This document shows, one piece after another, positions 20,271 through 30,002 of a stretch of 64,000 nucleotides of DNA. Both the position numbers and the translations under genes were made by a program. Each line of letters opens with the position of its first letter. Positions within the stretch are counted from its first letter, which is position 1. Source of the DNA: Candidatus Woesearchaeota archaeon (GTDB taxonomy: Archaea; Nanobdellota; Nanobdellia; Woesearchaeales; JBDRGA01); assembly GCA_043818175.1 (NCBI GenBank), contig JBDRGA010000052.1:24723-88722 (forward strand), read 5' to 3'. Below the pieces are notes generated by a model. That model was not told the origin of the DNA. It made no database searches and was given only the letters and a program-made list of their open reading frames with translations.

Positions 20271-21684
20271 ATATGCGAAGGTAGGGATGAAGTCCGGAAT
20301 CGAGATCCACCAGCAACTGGAAGGTACGAAGCTCTTTTCCAGAAGCCCTACTGAGATAAGAAGGGACAAGGCAGACTACGAGATAGTCAGAAGGCTAAGA
20401 GCAACAACAGGTGAGGCAGGAAAGGTAGACAAGGCAGCAGAGCACGAGCAAAAAAAGGCAAAATCATTCAAGTATCAAGGCTATAATGAAGGAACAAGTT
20501 TAGTGGAATTGGATGAAGAACCGCCACAACTGTTGAATCAAGATGCATTGAACGCTGCTTTGCAGGTTGCCAGAATGCTGAACTGTACCATCGTGGACCA
20601 GGTACACATTATGAGAAAGATTGTTGTTGATGGAAGCAACACATCAGGATTTCAAAGAACGATGCTCATTGGCATGAACGGCCATGTTACCGTAAATGAA
20701 AAACGAATAGGAATAGAGAGCGTCTGCCTTGAAGAGGAATCATGCCAGGCTATTCAGAGAACTGCAACAGAGGACACGTATAATTTGTCCAGGTTGGGAA
20801 TCCCATTACTAGAAATTGCAACCGCACCAGACATAAAGACACCCATTGAAGCACAGGAATGTGCCGCGTTCTTAGGGATGGTACTTAGAAGCACTGGTGC
20901 TTGTAAAAGAGGAATAGGCTCGATAAGACAGGACCTCAACATGAGCATCAAAGGTGGTAATAGAATTGAGATTAAGGGCTTCCAGGATTTAAGGAGCATC
21001 CCGAAAGTACTTGATAACGAGATAGCACGACAAATAGAAGTACTGAAATCAGGACAAAAAATAGAGAGTCATGTTCGCAAAGCAGAACCGGATGGAAGTA
21101 CTTCATTCTTACGACCGATGCCCGGCGCGGCAAGAATGTATCCAGAAACGGATGTGCCTACTTTCATCCCTGATATAAAGCATATTACGACGCCAAAACT
21201 GATGACTGAAGAGGCAAACGAGCTTGAAGAGATGGGTATTTCGAAGGATATAGCCGCGATAATAACGAAGAAGGAAATACCAATACGAGAGATTCTAGCA
21301 AAGTATCCTTCCGTCGACCCTGGATTCATTGCTGAAGTGCTCGTTTCCTTCCCTAAAGAATTGAAGCGAAGATATGACGTTCAAGTTGAAGATATGCTTT
21401 CTCTTGCTGCAGAACCATTGCAGAAGCTGGATGCGGGCAAGATTACGAAGGAAGCAGTAATCGAGGTAATCGCGCTAAAAGCACAGGGTAAGAATGTGAA
21501 CTGGTCTAGTTTCGAGCCTTTAGATTCCAAGGCTGTTGATAATATTGTTAAGACCATTGTTGACAACAATCCTGGAGCACCCACAGGAATGCTCATGGGA
21601 ATAGCGATGAAGGAGCTACGAGGCAAAGTCGATGGCAAGAAGGTCATGGATTTACTGCAAAAGTACAGTTCTAAGCGCAAATAA
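20260..21684 (+). CDS. gatE: Glu-tRNA(Gln) amidotransferase subunit E (shorter than typical)
   Basis: N-terminal VGMKSGIEIHQQL and a GatB/E-like catalytic core; only 474 aa. Confidence 0.8.
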   Translation: MSSEYAKVGMKSGIEIHQQLEGTKLFSRSPTEIRRDKADYEIVRRLRATTGEAGKVDKAAEHEQKKAKSFKYQGYNEGTSLVELDEEPPQLLNQDALNAALQVARMLNCTIVDQVHIMRKIVVDGSNTSGFQRTMLIGMNGHVTVNEKRIGIESVCLEEESCQAIQRTATEDTYNLSRLGIPLLEIATAPDIKTPIEAQECAAFLGMVLRSTGACKRGIGSIRQDLNMSIKGGNRIEIKGFQDLRSIPKVLDNEIARQIEVLKSGQKIESHVRKAEPDGSTSFLRPMPGAARMYPETDVPTFIPDIKHITTPKLMTEEANELEEMGISKDIAAIITKKEIPIREILAKYPSVDPGFIAEVLVSFPKELKRRYDVQVEDMLSLAAEPLQKLDAGKITKEAVIEVIALKAQGKNVNWSSFEPLDSKAVDNIVKTIVDNNPGAPTGMLMGIAMKELRGKVDGKKVMDLLQKYSSKRK

Positions 21685-21722
21685 AGCGAAAGATTTATAA
21701 GTAGTTACTGCTTAGTAGTAAT

Positions 21723-22136
21723 ATGGAATACTTGAGAGCAGCAACAGTTGTTGGATTGCTTGGCCTGACAGCATGCGCACAGCCAGCAATAAGGCATCCT
21801 CAATACGGAATGCCAACAACTCAAAAGGGAGTAATCGAGGTTGCGTACCAGTCTAGCAATGGTGAAGAACCCAAGAGAAATAACGTGTTAGTAAGACAAC
21901 TAGCAAATCCAGACAGCGTATTTCACGTTAGCCAAGACCCAGTCAATCCACTTCTCGCGGACTTTGATTTGACCAGTTTTGGCGTCGGCGATACTGTTCA
22001 AGTAAAGGGCAAATATGGCAAAATATGTGACGATCGTGAAAAAATGTCAAAGGACTTGAGAATGTCAATGGAAGGAGAAGATATTACTGATTTAATCCGT
22101 GTTAGTATGGTTAAACCTTCAAGTTCTCGTCGATAA
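21723..22136 (+). CDS. small putative lipoprotein
   Basis: Signal peptide VVGLLGLTAC with lipobox-like LTAC. Confidence 0.4.
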   Translation: MEYLRAATVVGLLGLTACAQPAIRHPQYGMPTTQKGVIEVAYQSSNGEEPKRNNVLVRQLANPDSVFHVSQDPVNPLLADFDLTSFGVGDTVQVKGKYGKICDDREKMSKDLRMSMEGEDITDLIRVSMVKPSSSRR

Positions 22137-23247
22137 CAAGTATCATCATCCCAGAACCCCAGGCAAAGGGTTTTTCTGACTTGTAAAAGAAACGTTTAAC
22201 GGGACTGCCATCTGGCTCGTAAACCTCGTAAACACCATTATCCTTGTCTATTTTCTGCTTCCACCATGCTGAATTGGCTTTGTATGCATCATAATCATAC
22301 TGCTTTTCCACCAATAACTGCAAGGCAGCAATCCAACTCCACCTCTGCTTTTCATGATAATCACCCATGCCTGCAAAGTAGAGTAAAGATGATTTCTCAC
22401 TAAATGCGTGTTTTGGGGTCATCGTGACAGGCAAGGCAGCATTTGGAGATGCGTCTGCTATGGCACTTAGAATTTCGGTTGAATGATTAGTAAGGTTGAA
22501 GTAAATCATCAACAGATTGCCAGCCGTGTCAAGAACGCCATTACCTTGCATTTCATCGTAATAATCACCGTTCCAGAATTCTTGCAATGCTTCTGCGGTA
22601 AGCTTATGATTGAATATGTACTTCAGATCGTCTTGACCTGAGTATCTGGCCATCTTCGTCATTGCAATTGAGCTTCCAGCGAAGCAAGCATTGGCGTACA
22701 AGGTTTCCCCTTCACGTTTCAACGAGTCCGCCCAATCAGCGTAAGTACCCTGTTCGATTAAGCTATTATTGTCAGTGTCCTGAGAGAGTTGCCACGAATA
22801 TACTGAGTCGATTAAAGTCCAGTTCTCGAGCAAGGAATAATCATGGGTCTCGCTAACGTACTTCTCCAGTGTTATCAAGAAAAGGCAGTTGCTGTCAACG
22901 ACTTTACTGGACGACTTATCATTCCTGTAATAGACTATTCTGGGCCATGCTGTTTTAATTCCTATGAATTTTAATGGTTGAATTCCGTGTGCAACCTTCA
23001 AAGGTATTTGCCCATTTCTTTGTGCATTAAGGAGCGTGTGTAACGTAACGTTAACAATCTCCGTGTCATTCAAAACAAGGCTGCCCCACGCAGCAAACAT
23101 CGAATCCCTTGCCCAAACATCGTTGAAATGACCTGTGCTCGCAGTTATTCCTTCCTTTCCATACGTTGCCCTTAAGTCATCTTCCAATGGACTAGCAAAT
23201 GCTATTGGAATAATCAAGACTAAGGTAAATAGCAGCGCGATTTTCAT
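22111..23247 (-). CDS. secreted (alpha/alpha)6-barrel glycoside hydrolase-like protein (GH15/GH63/GDE-like)
   Basis: Signal peptide MKIALLFTLVLIIPIAFA. FNDVWARDS motif typical of glucoamylase/GDE-type catalytic domains. Confidence 0.5.
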   Translation of the reverse strand: MKIALLFTLVLIIPIAFASPLEDDLRATYGKEGITASTGHFNDVWARDSMFAAWGSLVLNDTEIVNVTLHTLLNAQRNGQIPLKVAHGIQPLKFIGIKTAWPRIVYYRNDKSSSKVVDSNCLFLITLEKYVSETHDYSLLENWTLIDSVYSWQLSQDTDNNSLIEQGTYADWADSLKREGETLYANACFAGSSIAMTKMARYSGQDDLKYIFNHKLTAEALQEFWNGDYYDEMQGNGVLDTAGNLLMIYFNLTNHSTEILSAIADASPNAALPVTMTPKHAFSEKSSLLYFAGMGDYHEKQRWSWIAALQLLVEKQYDYDAYKANSAWWKQKIDKDNGVYEVYEPDGSPVKRFFYKSEKPFAWGSGMMILVIDENLKV

Positions 23248-24266
23248 CGTCTTTTTTTCTTTCTTTTCTTCTTGAAATTAAACTTAGGTCCTATGTGATA
23301 GTAGATGGCGAAGATGAACCCAACTGCAGTCCATAGTAGGTCTCTTGCCCTTACCATCAGACTTAATGCAACACCTGTGGCTGCACTTATGCCTAGTACT
23401 GCAAATAGACCTCCCTGTCCTGCTTCCATTACTCCCAAGGCCATTGGAACAGGAATTAATGTTGCGGCTCCAACAACACTAAAGACAAAGAACAACTGGT
23501 ATAATGAGAAATTCTGACCTACTAATTGTACGAGCACCTCGTACTCCATAAACATGAAAACCCACGCCAAGGCACTCATTCCAATTGCTGATAGGAACGC
23601 CATTTTGTTCTCTCCGTAGAACGAGACCATCTTGCGCTCCATGCGTTCCAATTGCCACGATACTTTCTTCAAGCGTTCAATCCTGTGAAGTTTAAGCGTT
23701 CTGAATATGCTCGTAAACACGTTGTATCCATTCAGAACTCTGCTGTAGAAGTAAACAACCAGAACCAGTATTATCAGCCCAACAATGTAAACAGTGTACT
23801 TCAACTGTGCAGGAAGCGCCAGTGTTGCCAGAATCAATAGACTTCCCAGAATAAAGAAAATACCACTCATGGTTATGTCAATCATCTTATCAACAATAAC
23901 TGTAGCGAGGGCGTCGTTGAACGGAATCTTATGTCTTGTAAGTAATGCTGCCCTCGCGGGCTCGCCTCCTATTCTTGCGCTTGGTGTTACGTAACTCACT
24001 CCAAAACCAACTACTCTGTACGTGAATAGCTTCCAGAATGGCACTTTGAAACCTTTCGCCCTGAGAACTATGTTCCAACGCAAAGTAAGTGCGGTCATGA
24101 TACCAATGCTCGCAATGAGGAACCAGATAACTAGTCCAAATGTGATATTCTTGAAACTGGCAATCAGCAAAGAGAAGCTAACCTTTGTGAATATGGCATA
24201 CATTAACAGAAGCCCAAATAGGAACAACGCACCAATCATGAGCCAACGACGCAGCTTCTTATCCAT
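23244..24266 (-). CDS. integral membrane protein, UPF0104/flippase-like (LPG synthase TM domain family)
   Basis: Multiple TM helices; SARIGGEPARAALL motif; basic C-terminal tail. Confidence 0.55.
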   Translation of the reverse strand: MDKKLRRWLMIGALFLFGLLLMYAIFTKVSFSLLIASFKNITFGLVIWFLIASIGIMTALTLRWNIVLRAKGFKVPFWKLFTYRVVGFGVSYVTPSARIGGEPARAALLTRHKIPFNDALATVIVDKMIDITMSGIFFILGSLLILATLALPAQLKYTVYIVGLIILVLVVYFYSRVLNGYNVFTSIFRTLKLHRIERLKKVSWQLERMERKMVSFYGENKMAFLSAIGMSALAWVFMFMEYEVLVQLVGQNFSLYQLFFVFSVVGAATLIPVPMALGVMEAGQGGLFAVLGISAATGVALSLMVRARDLLWTAVGFIFAIYYHIGPKFNFKKKRKKKRR

Positions 24267-24335
24267 GTCAAGGAAATGATTAGAATGTGTTTATAAGAGT
24301 GGTGGTGGCCCTGGGAGATACTGTCACCAAACGAC

Positions 24336-24665
24336 CTACCACAAAATATCTTCACGGAAACTCGGTTCCTGTGCAATATTTGCGACTAGGCCTGGCGTTA
24401 ATCTTGACCAAATCACTCTTGTGAGAGGAACACGGTCGTAATGTCCTTCACGGTCTACAAAATAGTTAGAAGGTCTGGCATCTACGAAAACTTCACTAGT
24501 GCCTGGGATTGGTCTCTCTGGCATTTGGTGACAATCCACATAAACAAGGGATTCCTTTGGGACTCCTCTGGATTCTGTTACCCATTTCGTTAAGCGCTCG
24601 TCTGGTTTTCCATCGAGTGTTACAATCATTATTTTTTCTAAAACATTTCCAAGATCGCCGGTCAT
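24336..24665 (-). CDS. hypothetical protein (109 aa) downstream of the DGR template repeat
   Basis: ORF only; not obviously Avd-like. Confidence 0.3.
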   Translation of the reverse strand: MTGDLGNVLEKIMIVTLDGKPDERLTKWVTESRGVPKESLVYVDCHQMPERPIPGTSEVFVDARPSNYFVDREGHYDRVPLTRVIWSRLTPGLVANIAQEPSFREDILW

Positions 24666-24965
24666 GCATATGAGAAACAGAATTAGTTATATAAATGTTT
24701 CGACCAGTAACCACTAATAAGTGGCTAATTGGCCGAAACGCTTAGATTCGGCGTTTATATGCCTTGGTGCGTCTTTCTTTCTTTAAACAAATAACGCATC
24801 AAGTTGTCTGGTTTGCGGCGCAAAAGTCGATTCGTGGCTTTTGAGCTTAGTTTTCTTGTTTATAAACAAAGAAGTGCCCCCACGTTTATAAAAATCTTGT
24901 CATCATTTTCAGTAAGAAGTGAGCCCCCAAAAAAAGAAAAATAATTGTCTCAGCCAATGGCTTGA

Positions 24966-25060
24966 CTATTCCAACAAGACGGGCGTTATTGTTGTTGAGG
25001 TTGTTGTTGTCGTTAGCATTGGAGTTGTTGTTGCCAACAGTCCTAACCCACACAGGCCGC
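24966..25060 (-). repeat. DGR template repeat (TR), 95 bp, AAC-codon rich on the minus strand
   Basis: On the minus strand it reads cggcctgtgtgggttaggactgttggcaacaacaactccaatgctaacgacaacaacaacctcaacaacaataacgcccgtcttgttgg. It matches VR at 25410..25504 except at TR adenines. Confidence 0.75.
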
Positions 25061-25269
25061 CTATATTAGCCATTTCACCTTCCTGAAAGCCACCACCATT
25101 TCGTTTCCGTCATGGTTGTATTTTATAGCAACGGTGTTGCCGTAGTGAAATGACGTGTAGTTCCAAGCCACTCTTTCTTTTTGCTGACACCACACATTGC
25201 TGTGTGATGTGGTAGCCGGGACAAGTGAAATAAAATGATAGAATATAAAAGAATTTCGAAAAAATGTTA

Positions 25270-26091
25270 TTACGCTCTGTATAGTTTTGAAACAGCGTCC
25301 AACATACCCGTTCTATTCAAGTCGGGATTGTTGATTACACCCATTATTTGATCGAGAGTAGGTTTAACCAACATACTACCTGATTTTTCGGGCGCAAGCG
25401 GCTCCGCCGCTACCCCAACAAGACGGGCGAGATTGACGTCGAGGCCGTAGCTGACGGTAGCATCGGAGTAGTAGTAGCCAACAGTCCAAACCCACACAGG
25501 CCGCAGGCCTTTTCTACCACTAGGGTAAAAGCCCATTGCATTCCTGTCAAAAATTCTCCCAGTAGTATCTTCAACCATCTTCTTATACGCTACCAACGCT
25601 GATTGGTCGCCTCCAGAAGCAAGATTCCAAAAAGCCGCACGAATTCCATCGGGATTAGCATACACATCCTCTCGCAATGCCCTAGCCGCAGATGGAGGAA
25701 TCACAAGAACACCCGCACCTTCCCTAATCGCATGATACTGATCCCTAGATACTTCCAAACCCCAATCATCCAGCTTTGATTTTGGATTAATTCCTTTAAC
25801 AAGCTCCTTTGCAACAGGATTAGCATTGTACCTAGCAAAAAGCACTTCATCACTACCGGCAGGATCAAGAACAGTGACGTCACCAATTACAACATAATTA
25901 TTCCTCAAAAGCATTCTGTCCGTCACATTTTCGCCCAGTGCTCTCCCGTAAATGAGTTGAGCACCATCCATCGGCTCTCTATTATCCTGCAAAAGCTTAG
26001 GCAGCTCCTTCCTCACTTCACCAAAGAAACTGGCTAGTCTGTCACGAGTACCACTCACTTGAACCTGTTCCCTGAATTGCAAATCGCCCAT
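25270..26091 (-). CDS. DGR variable (target) protein, 273 aa; VR encoded at 25410..25504
   Basis: The C-terminal region RPVWVWTVGYYYSDATVSYGLDVNLARLVG is the VR. The TR-encoded counterpart is RPVWVRTVGNNNSNANDNNNLNNNNARLVG. Confidence 0.7.
   Translation of the reverse strand: MGDLQFREQVQVSGTRDRLASFFGEVRKELPKLLQDNREPMDGAQLIYGRALGENVTDRMLLRNNYVVIGDVTVLDPAGSDEVLFARYNANPVAKELVKGINPKSKLDDWGLEVSRDQYHAIREGAGVLVIPPSAARALREDVYANPDGIRAAFWNLASGGDQSALVAYKKMVEDTTGRIFDRNAMGFYPSGRKGLRPVWVWTVGYYYSDATVSYGLDVNLARLVGVAAEPLAPEKSGSMLVKPTLDQIMGVINNPDLNRTGMLDAVSKLYRA
25410..25504 (-). repeat. DGR variable repeat (VR) inside the target gene
   Basis: 95-bp match to TR with about 22 substitutions, all at positions where the TR (coding strand) has A. 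Confidence 0.75.
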
Positions 26092-26270
26092 TTTTCTTCA
26101 ATCCCCCATACTTTTTTTAGCGTCTGAATTAAATGAATAATACTATTAGGTCAGTTCCAGTATTTAAACCTTTCGTTTATTTAGTTACTCTCTAGTGATT
26201 ACAGTGATGTCGCAGGCGGGGCTTTATAAACAACCAACCAGACTCTCGCACGTAATCCAAACAACACTAA

Positions 26271-27983
26271 ATGCCGACGCCTCCCCCCCCCGACACGACC
26301 TTTTACGACCAGATCTGCTCTTGTAAGAACCTCGAGCTGGCATTCCAAAGAGCAAGAAAGCACAAAACCACCAAGAAATACGTAATTGAATTTGAAGCCG
26401 ACCTTAAAGAAAACCTAGCTCAATTGAGAAATGAACTACTACTGCAAACATACAAGCCAAAACCCTTAGAAACGTTCATTCTACGAGACCCAAAAACAAG
26501 AAAGATTAGCAAATCAGACTTTCGCGACAGAATAATCCACCACGCCATCTGCAACATCATCGAACCCACCTTCGACAAGACATTCATCGACGACTCCTAC
26601 GCAAACAGAATAAAGAAAGGAACGCTCAATGCAATCAAAAGATTCGATAAATTCAAGAAAAAAGCATCACAAAACAACACAATACGATGCTACGTCCTAA
26701 AGGCAGACGTCAAAAGCTACTTCGACTCAGTAGACCACCAAGTACTGCTCAACATATTAGCAAGAAAAATCGATGATAAAAGAGTTCTCTGGCTCATCGA
26801 ACTAATACTCTCCAACCACAAAGCAAAACAAGAAAACAAAGGAATGCCACTAGGCAACCTAACAAGCCAATTTTTCGCCAACGTCTACCTGAACGAATTA
26901 GACCAGTTCGCAAAACACGAGCTAAAAGCAAAATACTACATCAGATACGTAGACGACTTCGTAATCCTACACCAATCAAGAAAACAATTAGAAGATTACA
27001 AAGAAAAAATAGACAACTTTCTCGCAGACACCCTTAAACTCAAGCTTCATCCAGACAAATCACACATCATCAAACTAGAAAAAGGAATCAACTTCTTAGG
27101 ATTCAGAATCTTCTTCCACCACCACTTACTAGTCAAAAGGAACATGAGAAAATTCGAGAAAAAACTCAATAGCATGAAACAAGAATACACAAACGGAAAA
27201 ATAACAAGAGAACAAGTAATTGAGAAATTTGAAGGATGGCTAGCGTATTCCGGCCATGCCAACACGTACAAGTACAGACGAAAAGTCACAAGCAAGTTCA
27301 ACAACCTATTCCCCGTTGAAGAAGACATCAAAGTCACTTCAGTGAAAAAGCACGAAAACTTCAACCACAAAGTCGATTCTAGCAAGATAGAATTCACACA
27401 ACAAAAAACACTACAACTATTCAAGAAAGGAATGCCAATAAAACAAATCGCCAGTCATAGAGGTGTTAAGGAAGGCACAATATGGAAACACGTAGCCAGT
27501 CTCATAGAGCACCACCAACTGAGGCTAAAACAAGTACTTCCGAACGAGAAGATTAAAAAAATTCTGGCAAACATCAAAACGCCAAACGATACACTAAAAG
27601 AAATAAAGGAACGATTACAAGACGAAACCATAACCTACAACGAGATAGAATGCGTACTTGCAAACACCAAGGGTAAACAGAGGAAGAAAAGCACTAACTA
27701 TTGGTTTTCATGGTACCAACGAACAAACTGCCACAGAAAATGCAACAACGACAAAACGCAAAGAGAATCGTGCAGAATAAAGTTCCAACAAATAGTCGCA
27801 AAGACCGCAAGTCTAGAATTCTCTAAAAAAGAATTCCTAAACTTCTTCAATGACCATGTTAACATCTGCATCCTGCCAAACGCTGAAAAGAGGAGATTCG
27901 TTTCCTGGAAGGAATTCAAAGACAAAAAACATGAAAAAGGGAGCCACAAACACGAAAAACCGCCGAGAAAGACCAGTGAATAG
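26271..27983 (+). CDS. reverse transcriptase, DGR-type, with ~190-aa C-terminal extension
   Basis: RT motifs: IRCYVLKADVKSYFDSVDH (motif 3); GMPLGNLTSQFFANVYLNELD (motif 4 with the DGR-diagnostic SQ in place of QG..SP); YIRYVDDFVIL (YVDD); INFLGFRI. Confidence 0.85.
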   Translation: MPTPPPPDTTFYDQICSCKNLELAFQRARKHKTTKKYVIEFEADLKENLAQLRNELLLQTYKPKPLETFILRDPKTRKISKSDFRDRIIHHAICNIIEPTFDKTFIDDSYANRIKKGTLNAIKRFDKFKKKASQNNTIRCYVLKADVKSYFDSVDHQVLLNILARKIDDKRVLWLIELILSNHKAKQENKGMPLGNLTSQFFANVYLNELDQFAKHELKAKYYIRYVDDFVILHQSRKQLEDYKEKIDNFLADTLKLKLHPDKSHIIKLEKGINFLGFRIFFHHHLLVKRNMRKFEKKLNSMKQEYTNGKITREQVIEKFEGWLAYSGHANTYKYRRKVTSKFNNLFPVEEDIKVTSVKKHENFNHKVDSSKIEFTQQKTLQLFKKGMPIKQIASHRGVKEGTIWKHVASLIEHHQLRLKQVLPNEKIKKILANIKTPNDTLKEIKERLQDETITYNEIECVLANTKGKQRKKSTNYWFSWYQRTNCHRKCNNDKTQRESCRIKFQQIVAKTASLEFSKKEFLNFFNDHVNICILPNAEKRRFVSWKEFKDKKHEKGSHKHEKPPRKTSE

Positions 27984-28049
27984 CAGCAGTCATACGTTCT
28001 CCGACTTCACCTAATACCACACCAACACCATTGCTAGAATCACAAGGAG

Positions 28050-28577
28050 GTGGTTTTCACAATGACATTTACCTACAAGAGAGAGCCATTAGAAGAAGAC
28101 GAAATCCTAAATCTAAGGCGTTCTTGCCAGAATTTCGAGGAAGAACTAGTCATCAACATCCTACTGGATTCGGGCATGCGAGTCAGCGAACTAGCTAGCC
28201 TGAGGGAAGAAAACGTTAGCTGGCAGAGGAACTGCTTTACGATAATTGGCAAAGGCAACAAAAGAAGAATCGTACCAATGAGCAAAAGAACAAGACTACT
28301 CTTGCTAGACTGCTTGTCAAAAGAGAATAAGTTCCCATTAGCGATGAGAACTATCCAGAAGTACGTCAAGATCGTGGCAGAGAGAGCAAGGATAAGAAAG
28401 ACAGTAAGCCCCCACGTATTAAGACATACTTTTGCCGTCAGCTATTTGCACAAGGGAGGCAACCTAAGGGCATTGCAAGCAATTCTAGGCCACAGTAGCA
28501 TCACCACGACTGACATTTACTTGAATTACTCAGGCATAAGAGTGCTGGAGGACTTTGAGAAAGTATGGCAAGAGTAA
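28050..28577 (+). CDS. short tyrosine recombinase/integrase (catalytic domain only)
   Basis: HVLRHTFAVSYL...LGHSSITTTDIYLNY gives the R-H-R-Y catalytic residues. Confidence 0.75.
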   Translation: MVFTMTFTYKREPLEEDEILNLRRSCQNFEEELVINILLDSGMRVSELASLREENVSWQRNCFTIIGKGNKRRIVPMSKRTRLLLLDCLSKENKFPLAMRTIQKYVKIVAERARIRKTVSPHVLRHTFAVSYLHKGGNLRALQAILGHSSITTTDIYLNYSGIRVLEDFEKVWQE

Positions 28578-29098
28578 AATACAACAATGGCCTAGTCAGG
28601 GTTAGGATTACTCTTGATGAAGATGAGTGCCTGTTTAGGGAAAAGGAACTGGATTATTATGATAAAGAATACCTTGAACGACATAGTTATGAGTACGGAG
28701 AATTCGTACCAATAGGACAATATCACAAAGAAGGTTTCTATGTGAAGAGGAACACGAGGGAGTCATTAATGCACACTTTCTTGGTTCATAACATCAAGCA
28801 ACACTTAAGAAAACACACCAATGACATCCAAGTCAGGATAACCAAGAAGCCAGACATTGTATTCAAGAACAAGAATGGAAAAACTATCGCACTCGAAATA
28901 GAGACGGGAAAGAATTTCAAGAGACACAAGCAGAGAATCAAAGAAAAATTCATGCAAGCAAAAAAGAACTATCCTCTAATCTATATTGTTCTGGCTTCAA
29001 CAAAGAAGAAATCATATTACAAAAGACTTCTTCCAAGCATTCCGCTTCTTGTCAGAACAGATATCAACCGCTTCATACGCGCCCAGTTCAAGAGATAA
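28565..29098 (+). CDS. hypothetical protein, possibly PD-(D/E)xK nuclease-like
   Basis: KPDIVF...IALEIETGK arrangement weakly resembles a PD-(D/E)xK core. Speculative. Confidence 0.3.
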   Translation: MARVKYNNGLVRVRITLDEDECLFREKELDYYDKEYLERHSYEYGEFVPIGQYHKEGFYVKRNTRESLMHTFLVHNIKQHLRKHTNDIQVRITKKPDIVFKNKNGKTIALEIETGKNFKRHKQRIKEKFMQAKKNYPLIYIVLASTKKKSYYKRLLPSIPLLVRTDINRFIRAQFKR

Positions 29099-29222
29099 TG
29101 TATAGACTTATTATTACGGGTGGTGACGCTTGGGGGGAATGCCGTTATATTGGCAGAATTCTGCAAGATTAGGGGGTTGTGTTGGGGGTTCATATGACCA
29201 CTGTTTCACCCCCTAAATTTAT

Positions 29223-30002
29223 TCAATCAAAAATTCCTTGAGTGGTGGCTTGCAACCGTGTCAAGAGCTCGAATTTCTCTTTGAACTCTTCCAAACTCAA
29301 TTCGCCATTTGCAAAACGCAGCTTCAACAATAATATCGGATCATGAACTTCTCCAACAGTTCTTTCTTTCTTCTTCACGCTTCCAAAGGCCATATTGATC
29401 TTATTCTGCAAGTCAGAATTCGTAATGTAAGCATAAATTTGTGTGGTGTGAATGTCAACATGTCCCAAGCTTCGTTGAACATAATACAAGTCAACGCCCT
29501 TCTCAAGAAGATACGTTGCATACGTGTGCCTCAATGTGTGAAAGCTGTAGGCGTATCTTTGCTGACCAATTTCAGTTTTGAATGTTTTGATGCTTAAACC
29601 TGCTTTCAACAGATAGTTTCTGAATTTTAGGCTTAAAATATTGGCAGAGTACTTGTGGCCGAAGCTTGTACAAATCACAAACTCAGAATCTTTTTGCAAG
29701 CGAAACCATTTCTCCAATAAAGGCTTCATCTTGCTTGGCAACATTACAACGCGATCTTTGCTTCCTTTTCCTTCTCGCACAATGACTTTCTCGCTTTCCA
29801 GGTCAACATCCTGCTTTTTCAAGTTGCAAATTTCGCTAATTCGTAGACCGCAAAACAAAGAGACAAGACAGCCCATGAAGACTTGGCTGTCATCGATGGC
29901 CTCGAATAGTGCTAATAATTGTTTCTTGTTGAAAATATTCGGAAGTTTTCGGTTTGTGTTGGGTCGTGCAAAGTTCTTTCCCATTGGTTCACATCCTCGC
30001 AA
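29223..30002 (-). CDS. tyrosine recombinase/integrase (XerC/D-like)
   Basis: GLRISEICNLKKQDV; HTLRHTYATYLLEKGVDLYYVQRSLGHVDIHTTQIYAYI. Confidence 0.85.
   Translation of the reverse strand: MRGCEPMGKNFARPNTNRKLPNIFNKKQLLALFEAIDDSQVFMGCLVSLFCGLRISEICNLKKQDVDLESEKVIVREGKGSKDRVVMLPSKMKPLLEKWFRLQKDSEFVICTSFGHKYSANILSLKFRNYLLKAGLSIKTFKTEIGQQRYAYSFHTLRHTYATYLLEKGVDLYYVQRSLGHVDIHTTQIYAYITNSDLQNKINMAFGSVKKKERTVGEVHDPILLLKLRFANGELSLEEFKEKFELLTRLQATTQGIFD

Noticed and set aside
24955-25070. Initially read as a decayed pseudogene fragment of the 273-aa gene
   Set aside because: The mismatch pattern is strictly adenine-specific and the copy is AAC-codon rich. It is therefore a DGR template repeat, not random decay.
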